Positions 1-5,500 of a stretch of 8,373 bases of DNA are shown in pieces (the first letter of the stretch is position 1; each line of letters opens with the position of its first letter). A program made the position numbers and the translations under genes. Under the pieces are notes generated by a model. The model saw only the letters and a list, made by a program, of their open reading frames with translations, was not told the origin of the DNA and ran no database searches. The stretch comes from a virus (lineage: Duplodnaviria > Heunggongvirae > Uroviricota > Caudoviricetes): the IMG/VR virus record IMGVR_UViG_2671180432_000009; one strand, 5' to 3'.

Positions 1-72
1 GGGAAAAATATCATCAGATGGCTGCTTAAAAAAAGAACAAATGGTAGTGTCCGCTATTGCCAGTACACCTCA
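1..72. repeat. Left terminal inverted repeat: 72 bp identical to the reverse complement of 8302..8373
   Basis: Manual reverse-complement of 8302..8373 matches 1..72 exactly; identity ends at position 73 (g versus t). Contains the upstream region and first 10 codons (MVVSAIASTP) of the gene at 8103..8333, here followed by a 21-codon remnant ORF (41..106). Confidence 0.9.
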
Positions 73-81
73 GGATAGCGG

Positions 82-253
82 TCATGTGATGCCGGTTTCC
101 CGGTAACTCAGCACCGGTATCTGAGTCAACGTTTTCTCTACTGGGTCATTTCCGATACGCCCTGCCTGCTGACAGGCTTTCATCACATCTGAAAATATAG
201 CACCCTGACTGATACTGTAGTACCTAAGGTTCCAGAAACTGTGATGTATCCGG
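82..253 (-). CDS. Hypothetical protein, C-terminal 57 codons only (...SDVMKACQQAGRIGNDPVEKTLTQIPVLSYRETGIT*); 5' part lies in the N-run
   Basis: Longest open frame on the minus strand between the N-run and TGA at 84..82; contains 3 ATA and 1 AGG codon. No recognisable family. True start and frame across the N-run unknown. Confidence 0.35.
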
Positions 254-470
254 NNNNNNNNNNNNNNNNNNNNNNNNNNNNNNNNNNNNNNNNNNNNNNN
301 NNNNNNNNNNNNNNNNNNNNNNNNNNNNNNNNNNNNNNNNNNNNNNNNNNNNNNNNNNNNNNNNNNNNNNNNNNNNNNNNNNNNNNNNNNNNNNNNNNNN
401 NNNNNNNNNNNNNNNNNNNNNNNNNNNNNNNNNNNNNNNNNNNNNNNNNNNNNNNNNNNNNNNNNNNNNN
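254..470. other. Run of 217 N (unresolved or masked sequence)
   Basis: Directly visible; ORFs drawn through it in the six-frame track are artefacts of N translation. Confidence 1.
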
Positions 471-734
471 CCATGGTTCTTTCCACCATCTGAAAAATAA
501 TTCTTTAAAATACCTGACATGTAATACAGAAAAAACACAAAACCATACCTTAAATAAAAACCTGATTATCAAGCAGATATGCATGGATAAACTACAAGAC
601 GAGATATAAACCACCCTGCATTTAAATAAACAATAAACAACATCAGAAAAATAATTCTGCTCTATGGTTTACATTCAAAAATATCATTTATACTTTTCAG
701 AACATCACCAGCAAGGCATAAACAAGGAAACTAA

Positions 735-1070
735 ATGAAGTGGATTGTGATTGATACAGTTATCCAGCCATCATGCGGAATATCTTTTTCAGTCATATGG
801 AGTAAAATAAAATTAATAATCTGGTATCAATCGGATGCTTTCTTACCTCCTGAAAGTATATTTACACTGACTCACACAGGCATCATGCTCAATAACAAAG
901 TGCTACCTGTAACCATTTACAACGTAGTACCATTCAATAAAACATTCTGGAATTCAATCAAAAATAGCCAGGAATGCCCTACAAATACAGATAACGTATT
1001 GAATGAATGCTTTAATAACCGTTGCACTCTGCAAATATGTCCTTATGGACTAAAACAACAAAGTCCATAA
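735..1070 (+). CDS. Hypothetical protein, 111 aa, in an AT-rich island (possible moron gene)
   Basis: Only ORF over 60 codons in the AT-rich stretch 480..1100, where stop codons are frequent by chance. AAGGA Shine-Dalgarno about 7 nt upstream of ATG 735. 6 of 111 codons are ATA. Five Cys in the C-terminal half. No family recognised. Confidence 0.45.
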   Translation: MKWIVIDTVIQPSCGISFSVIWSKIKLIIWYQSDAFLPPESIFTLTHTGIMLNNKVLPVTIYNVVPFNKTFWNSIKNSQECPTNTDNVLNECFNNRCTLQICPYGLKQQSP

Positions 1071-1104
1071 GGAGTTTACTCACATCTGACAAAATCAATA
1101 TAAA

Positions 1105-1126
1105 CAGCCCCTCCGGAGAGGGGCTG
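1105..1126 (-). terminator. Stem-loop (9-bp stem CAGCCCCTC/GAGGGGCTG, 4-nt loop); probable intrinsic terminator for the minus-strand cargo operon
   Basis: On the minus strand the hairpin is followed by TTTATATTGATTTTG; it lies 76 nt past the stop of the ORF ending at 1202 and between convergent ORFs. Confidence 0.4.
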
Positions 1127-1201
1127 GAGAGTGGCGCTATGTGCCATTGCATGGTGCCGGGTGCCTCCCGGTGAATTCAGTACCAGCACCTGAATCCGCG
1201 A

Positions 1202-1373
1202 TTATCCCATATACCTACTCGCTGATTGCCCCTCCGCACAGGGGGATTCACCATGCCAGTTTCTTTTAACAAACTCCCCGCAAAACAGACAACTGTCAAC
1301 CGTCTGAATTGTGAAGTATTTAAAAATTTCTCCCGCTAACTGATACCCGGCTAACAGTCTGGCGTTTTCTTTT
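1202..1373 (-). CDS. Hypothetical protein, C-terminal 56 codons visible (...KENARLLAGYQLAGEIFKYFTIQTVDSCLFCGEFVKRNWHGESPCAEGQSASRYMG*); interrupted by N-run
   Basis: Open frame from the N-run to TAA at 1204..1202; all three Arg codons are AGA/AGG. A possible N-terminus (MIAYCFCEWHCSSRIMSVLADGVLVA) at 1687..1610 cannot be linked in frame because of the N-run. Confidence 0.4.
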
Positions 1374-1609
1374 NNNNNNNNNNNNNNNNNNNNNNNNNNN
1401 NNNNNNNNNNNNNNNNNNNNNNNNNNNNNNNNNNNNNNNNNNNNNNNNNNNNNNNNNNNNNNNNNNNNNNNNNNNNNNNNNNNNNNNNNNNNNNNNNNNN
1501 NNNNNNNNNNNNNNNNNNNNNNNNNNNNNNNNNNNNNNNNNNNNNNNNNNNNNNNNNNNNNNNNNNNNNNNNNNNNNNNNNNNNNNNNNNNNNNNNNNNN
1601 NNNNNNNNN
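1374..1609. other. Run of 236 N (unresolved or masked sequence)
   Basis: Directly visible. Confidence 1.
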
Positions 1610-1722
1610 CGCCACCAGCACACCGTCAGCCAGCACTGACATTATCCGGCTGCTGCAATGCCATTCACAAAAACAGTAAGCAATCACTTTTTACCGTAAC
1701 AGGTGATAATCCAGATATGTAT

Positions 1723-2076
1723 CTACCCCAGATGAGTAATCCGAAGTTCATCCATACCACAGGTCCTGGCTATTCTGTTGTACTCCTGAACAAGAGCAAA
1801 TAATTCTGAATTAGCAACCATGAACTCATCGCAAACCCTCTGTATAGCATCACTATTCAGAATAATAACGTCTCTTCCCGAAAGACGATCAGGAGTACAG
1901 AACAAAACTGTCAAACGGCTGAAGGCCTTTGCTCGTGCTGCATTGACTATATCAATACGCTGCCTAAGGATGAAACACCCCGACGCCTCATCAATATTCA
2001 CTCTACCCACACCATATGAATGATAAATATTTAATGCTGAAAAAACCATTAGACCGTATAACAAACACTCAATCAA
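1723..2076 (-). CDS. Hypothetical protein, 117 aa from TTG 2076 (108 aa if ATG 2049 is the start)
   Basis: Six-frame ORF; first gene after the tRNA-Arg-like gene in the late direction. 3 AGA, 3 AGG and 3 ATA codons in 117. No clear Shine-Dalgarno at either start. No family recognised. Confidence 0.45.
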   Translation of the reverse strand: MIECLLYGLMVFSALNIYHSYGVGRVNIDEASGCFILRQRIDIVNAARAKAFSRLTVLFCTPDRLSGRDVIILNSDAIQRVCDEFMVANSELFALVQEYNRIARTCGMDELRITHLG

Positions 2077-2186
2077 TACTTAACAGAACTTTTATTTTTG
2101 ACAAACATAAAATATTTTCAACAATATCCTGAGCCAGGTATATTTCAGTATAAGGCTCTGCCGGAAGGAATCTGGAAGAATGAATA

Positions 2187-2262
2187 TGGCGCGCTGTACT
2201 GGATTCGAACCAGTGACCGATTGCTTAGAAGGCAATTGCTCTGTCCGGTGAGCTAAAGGGCC
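2187..2262 (-). tRNA. tRNA-Arg(UCU)-like gene, 76 nt; acceptor stem pairs at only 3 of 7 positions (possible pseudo or hybrid tRNA)
   Basis: Minus-strand read GGCCCTT-TA-GCTC-ACCGGACA-GAGC-A-ATTGC-CTTCTAA-GCAAT-CGGTC-ACTGG-TTCGAAT-CCAGT-ACAGCGC-G-CCA. D, anticodon (UCU) and T arms are canonical; 5' GGCCCTT does not pair with 3' ACAGCGC. Confidence 0.6.
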
Positions 2263-2271
2263 GGGAGCAGA

Positions 2272-2300
2272 ATAATAACGGTCCGTAATTAATTCCGCAA
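2272..2300 (-). promoter_or_regulatory. Putative sigma70 promoter for the tRNA-Arg-like gene
   Basis: Minus strand: -35 TTGCGG (2300..2295), 17-nt spacer, -10 TATTAT (2277..2272), about 10 nt upstream of the tRNA 5' end; homologous to the tRNA-Ile upstream region. Confidence 0.35.
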
Positions 2301-2325
2301 TAAAAAACCCGCTCGGCGGCGGGTT
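2300..2325 (-). terminator. Intrinsic terminator (tR'-like), copy 1
   Basis: Minus strand AACCCGC-CGCCGA-GCGGGTT followed by TTTTAT; identical to the copy at 4196..4221. Confidence 0.6.
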
Positions 2326-2372
2326 GTAGAAACTCTTCTAACGTCAGGCATAAAACGCCCATAGTTATGACG

Positions 2373-2400
2373 AATTTACCACAGATTCCGGAAAAATCAA
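2373..2400 (-). promoter_or_regulatory. pR'-like promoter, copy 1
   Basis: Minus strand: -35 TTGATT (2400..2395), 16-nt spacer, TGG-TAAATT extended -10 (2378..2373); identical to the copy just past the Q stop. Confidence 0.4.
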
Positions 2401-2417
2401 CCTAGTTACCTTTTTTA

Positions 2418-2607
2418 NNNNNNNNNNNNNNNNNNNNNNNNNNNNNNNNNNNNNNNNNNNNNNNNNNNNNNNNNNNNNNNNNNNNNNNNNNNNNNNNNNN
2501 NNNNNNNNNNNNNNNNNNNNNNNNNNNNNNNNNNNNNNNNNNNNNNNNNNNNNNNNNNNNNNNNNNNNNNNNNNNNNNNNNNNNNNNNNNNNNNNNNNNN
2601 NNNNNNN
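2418..2607. other. Run of 190 N (unresolved or masked sequence)
   Basis: Directly visible; lies between the repeat copy and the tRNA-Ile 3' end. Confidence 1.
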
Positions 2608-2615
2608 GTTTGTGA

Positions 2616-2691
2616 TGGTGGCCCTTGCTGGATTTGAACCAGCGACCTGGCGATTATGAGTCGCTCGCTCTCACCACTGAGCTAAAGGGCC
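2616..2691 (-). tRNA. tRNA with CAU anticodon, tRNA-Ile2 (lysidine) type
   Basis: Minus-strand read GGCCCTT-TA-GCTC-AGTGGTGA-GAGC-G-AGCGA-CTCATAA-TCGCC-AGGTC-GCTGG-TTCAAAT-CCAGC-AAGGGCC-A-CCA. Acceptor pairs 7 of 7; one A-C mismatch at the top of the anticodon stem. Closely resembles E. coli ileX and phage ileZ as recalled. Confidence 0.85.
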
Positions 2692-2700
2692 GGGAGCCGC

Positions 2701-2729
2701 ATAATAACGACGCGTAATTAATTCTTCAA
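2701..2729 (-). promoter_or_regulatory. Putative sigma70 promoter for tRNA-Ile
   Basis: Minus strand: -35 TTGAAG (2729..2724), 17-nt spacer, -10 TATTAT (2706..2701), 9 nt upstream of the tRNA 5' end. Confidence 0.4.
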
Positions 2730-2731
2730 TA

Positions 2732-3729
2732 TCATCCGTTCTGGCTGACTAAATCCTGTACTTCCCGAACCGTCTGCTCAAAACGTTCAGTCTCCAGCTC
2801 AACGCCAATTGCACGACGCCCGAGCGCCAGTGCCGCTTTCACTGTCGAACCCAACCCCATGAAAAAATCTGCAATCAGGTCACCCGGACGACTGCTAGCG
2901 CTGATTATCTGCTGCAGCATTTCTGCCGGTTTTTCGCACGGATGTTTCCCGGGATAGAACTGCACCGGTTTATGCGTCCACACATCGGTATACGGCACCT
3001 GCACCGTCACGCCAAAATACCGCCGCAGATGTTTATATTCACTCAGCAGCTCCGCATACTGCCGGTTCAGTGAGGTATACGTATCCACCAGCTGGTGGTG
3101 GAGCTTTTCCAGTTCACCACGCCGATGCTTCTCTTCTGCCACCCGGGCAAACAGCGCCTGTAATTTCAGATAATCGCTTTCATTCGGCAACTGCCACTGA
3201 CCGGCACTGAACCAGTGCGACACCATGTTTTTCTTTCCTGTGGCATCTGCAATCTGTTTTGCCGTTATCCCCAGGGCAGCTCGCGCATCACGAAAGTAAN
3301 NNNNNNNNNNNNNNNNNNNNNNNNNNNNNNNNNNNNNNNNNNNNNNNNNNNNNNNNNNNNNNNNNNNNNNNNNNNNNNNNNNNNNNNNNNNNNNNNNNNN
3401 NNNNNNNNNNNNNNNNNNNNNNNNNNNNNNNNNNNNNNNNNNNNNNNNNNNNNNNNNNNNNNNNNNNNNNNNNNNNNNNNNNNNNNNNNNNNNNNNNNNN
3501 NNNNNNNNNNNNGTTTCAGCACCCGCCAGAACTGCGCCAGACACTGGTCCAGCCACTTCAGGTAATCATCGTCGCCCTTCCACTGGTTATCCCAGCCCTC
3601 AGGCTTCACTTTAAAGTACGGCGGGTCCGTGACTATCAGGTCAACAGAATTTTCGGGTAACGACCGGATAAATTCCAGGCAGTCGGCGTTGATTAACTCA
3701 CAACTGGATATTTTTACAGTATTAAGCAT
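2732..3729 (-). CDS. DNA methyltransferase, beta-class N6-adenine (or N4-cytosine) type; middle part lost in the N-run 3300..3512
   Basis: N-terminal segment (3729..3513) has motif IV DPPY (LIVTDPPYF); C-terminal segment (3299..2732) has motif I FxGxG (DFFMGLGST). The order IV then I indicates beta class. The two segments are in different frames if the N-run length is taken literally. Confidence 0.8.
3300..3512. other. Run of 213 N (unresolved or masked sequence) inside the methyltransferase gene
   Basis: Directly visible. Confidence 1.
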
Positions 3730-3821
3730 GGATCATTAAGCCTGTCTCTGATAGGCTCATTCTGCTTTTGCGCAAAGCAGTGGGCCTGAGGTTTGCTTGT
3801 GAACCCAACGCATGAGCAGAT

Positions 3822-3852
3822 GGCTGGTGGGTGCCCCTAACACCCACCAGCC
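3822..3852. promoter_or_regulatory. Perfect 12-bp inverted repeat (GGCTGGTGGGTG / CACCCACCAGCC, 7-nt loop) upstream of the methyltransferase start
   Basis: Seen directly; no U-tract on either strand, so not a classic intrinsic terminator. Candidate operator or RNA structural element about 90 nt upstream of ATG 3729. Confidence 0.5.
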
Positions 3853-3867
3853 GCCCATTTACCACAA

Positions 3868-3893
3868 ATAAAAAAGCCTTCACTGCGGAAGGC
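3868..3893 (-). terminator. Intrinsic terminator overlapping the stop codon of the small HTH gene
   Basis: Minus strand GCCTTC-CGCAGT-GAAGGC followed by TTTTTTATTT; the TGA stop (3882..3880) sits in the loop and stem. Confidence 0.55.
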
Positions 3894-4077
3894 GTCTGTA
3901 ACAACCGAACTGATAGTCTGCCAGACCCGCCATAACCAGCTGGGTCAGTATTAACTGGCAGCGTTCGCGTGAAAGGTAAGTATTCTGCGCTATCTCCCCG
4001 ACTGTCGCCGGTTCGGTAACGCTTAATTCATTAAACACCACTCTGGCGGTTTCTGTCATATCCTGCTGTTTTAGCAT
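3880..4077 (-). CDS. Small DNA-binding protein with a helix-turn-helix-like segment, 65 aa
   Basis: AAGGA Shine-Dalgarno 6-7 nt upstream of ATG 4077; the segment TVGEIAQNTYLSRERCQLILTQLVMAGL resembles an HTH recognition region. Family not recognised. Confidence 0.5.
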   Translation of the reverse strand: MLKQQDMTETARVVFNELSVTEPATVGEIAQNTYLSRERCQLILTQLVMAGLADYQFGCYRRLPQ

Positions 4078-4195
4078 GTCTTTTCCTTTTCCGGTTAACG
4101 TGACACACCAATAACTCTTGTCGAAAAAGCCAGCAAGCTGAAAGACAGGTATTCACCGCCACCAGCGCGTTTACTGTACTGACGCGATTTCAGTC

Positions 4196-4221
4196 ATAAA
4201 AAACCCGCTCGGCGGCGGGTT
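4196..4221 (-). terminator. Intrinsic terminator (tR'-like), copy 2, about 80 nt past the Q stop
   Basis: Minus strand AACCCGC-CGCCGA-GCGGGTT followed by TTTTATG. Confidence 0.6.
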
Positions 4222-4268
4222 GTAGAAACTCTTCTAACGTCAGGCATAAAACGCCCATCGTTATGACG

Positions 4269-4296
4269 AATTTACCACAGATTCCGGAAAAATCAA
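4269..4296 (-). promoter_or_regulatory. Late promoter (pR'-like) immediately downstream of Q, copy 2
   Basis: Minus strand: -35 TTGATT (4296..4291), 16-nt spacer, TGG-TAAATT extended -10 (4274..4269); the predicted transcript to the terminator is about 65 nt, as expected for a short Q-modifiable pR' transcript. Confidence 0.45.
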
Positions 4297-4301
4297 CCTT
4301 G

Positions 4302-5123
4302 TTACCTAGTTACCTTTTTTAACTGCCGCTCAGCCCATGCTTCTTCAATATCAAACCGGGTCACCAGCGCATCATAAAATTTCTTAACTGTTTTTTCCCA
4401 TGACGCGCGTGTTATCTGGTTTGTCACCTCGCATATAGCATTAAATGCCTCCGTTGATGGTAGTCTTTCATAGCCACGACCACCACAACGCTGGCAGTCT
4501 CTGATAACAGGCATACCACGTTTTACCGACTCTTCACGATGAATGGCGACACCACGCCCACGGCAATCCTTACAGGCGGTGGAAACCTCACCCTTTCCGC
4601 CACACTCCGGACAGGCAACTTTTACCACCTCCCTGACTTTTTTCCATTCTTCCCAGTAAGACGGATACACACCTTTCGTACACTTTGCCCATACCGGCGG
4701 CTTACCATCCGGATACTGGACCTTGTTTGTAAAAACTACGCTTTCAATAAATTTTTCCCCATAGCAACAAGGGCACTGCTTTTTACTCGCTGCGCTGCGG
4801 GCATAATCCTCAAAAGCGTACGAAGCCATAATGCGCATCACTACCGGTTTTATTTCTGCCGGAAGTTTTCTCAACGCCGCCACACGATCGCACCGACTGA
4901 GTGCATAATCTGCCAGTAATTCTGTTGCCCGCGCCCTGTCATTCATACTGATGCCCATTTTCCCCAGGAACGCAGAAAACCCCATCTCAGCCCGATTCTG
5001 TGTCATGCCCTGCGCGGCCATCACATCAGTGATACTCAGCGCATCTTTCGACGTTGAGGCCGATGCATCAGTCAGGCCGGGGGATTTTGGGGAGTAGTAT
5101 TTCGGTAAATCTTCCAGTTTCAT
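4302..5123 (-). CDS. Late-gene antiterminator Q-like protein, 273 aa, with four DnaJ-type CxxCxGxG repeats
   Basis: Position is diagnostic: directly downstream of rusA with an ATGA start/stop overlap and directly upstream of the promoter/terminator unit and tRNA genes. Size fits the long Qin-type Q proteins as recalled. Repeats CPCCYGEK, CPECGGKG, CKDCRGRG, CQRCGGRG are visible. Confidence 0.6.
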   Translation of the reverse strand: MKLEDLPKYYSPKSPGLTDASASTSKDALSITDVMAAQGMTQNRAEMGFSAFLGKMGISMNDRARATELLADYALSRCDRVAALRKLPAEIKPVVMRIMASYAFEDYARSAASKKQCPCCYGEKFIESVVFTNKVQYPDGKPPVWAKCTKGVYPSYWEEWKKVREVVKVACPECGGKGEVSTACKDCRGRGVAIHREESVKRGMPVIRDCQRCGGRGYERLPSTEAFNAICEVTNQITRASWEKTVKKFYDALVTRFDIEEAWAERQLKKVTR

Positions 5124-5500
5124 TTTTTGACCTGCCCTTCAAGCATTATGGGATAAATCTTCACCCCCAGACGTCCACCAGATACTGGCTGAGCACGAAC
5201 GATATTGATTTCATCAAACTGCTCATCGTCCATTAGCAACCCCGCATGCGTCAGCGCATCCAGCGGCGCTTTCAGAATATTGTCCAGGTCACGGCGGCGC
5301 TTATCCGGTGGTTCTGCAATAATTTTTATTGCCAACCTTCCGGACAGGCTTAATTTCAGCCGCTGCTGGCGAACAATAAGCGCCACTGCCCGGCGATAAC
5401 GCTCCCCGGCTTTTGATACAAAATATGTGCTGCCACGACGACGCCAGTAAGTGTTCACCGTCGGCGGGTAAGGTAAAACAAATTCTATGCGCTCGGTCAT
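5120..5500 (-). CDS. rusA: Holliday junction resolvase RusA (crossover junction endodeoxyribonuclease)
   Basis: 126 aa; N-terminal PYPPTVNTYWRRRG and catalytic-region RRRDLDNILKAPLDALTHAGLLMDDEQ closely match the RusA family as recalled; typical position upstream of Q. Confidence 0.9.
   Translation of the reverse strand: MTERIEFVLPYPPTVNTYWRRRGSTYFVSKAGERYRRAVALIVRQQRLKLSLSGRLAIKIIAEPPDKRRRDLDNILKAPLDALTHAGLLMDDEQFDEINIVRAQPVSGGRLGVKIYPIMLEGQVKK

Larger units (their letters stand above)
2300..2417. repeat. Direct repeat copy 1 of the Q 3' end / pR' / tR' module (continues into the N-run)
   Basis: Matches 4196..4322 except one substitution (A at 2361 versus C at 4258) and an 8-bp indel (ttgttacc present only in copy 2). 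Confidence 0.9.
4196..4322. repeat. Direct repeat copy 2 of the Q 3' end / pR' / tR' module
   Basis: See copy 1 (2300..2417). Confidence 0.9.

Noticed and set aside
41-106. Plus-strand 21-codon ORF beginning MVVSAIASTP
   Set aside because: It is the duplicated 5' end of the gene at 8103..8333 carried in the inverted repeat, truncated after 21 codons; a remnant, not a gene.
183-614. ORFs 183..614(-), 224..538(-) and 241..609(+), and similarly 1351..1623(-), 3215..3565(+), 3259..3660(+)
   Set aside because: They are open mainly because N translates to X without stops; the real sequence is only a few flanking codons.
668-694. Promoter for the plus-strand ORF (TTTACA, 15-nt spacer, TATACT)
   Set aside because: Spacer is short and the region is so AT-rich that promoter-like hexamers occur by chance; not reported as a feature.
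1820-2023. Plus-strand ORF, 67 aa
   Set aside because: Antisense to the longer minus-strand ORF 1723..2076, which fits the operon direction and rare-codon pattern.
1202-2076. Shiga toxin genes at the stx-equivalent position
   Set aside because: Neither ORF resembles StxA or StxB in size or sequence.
3722-3904. Minus-strand ORF, 60 aa, spanning the terminator and 12-bp hairpin
   Set aside because: It lies across two strong secondary structures and overlaps the end of the HTH gene; no ribosome-binding site.
2300-4322. Possible CRISPR array
   Set aside because: Only two copies of a 120-bp repeat, 1.9 kb apart, containing promoter and terminator elements; no short regularly spaced repeats.
4539-4919. 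Plus-strand ORF, 126 aa, antisense to the Q-like gene
   Set aside because: Shadow ORF inside a well-supported minus-strand gene; no start context.
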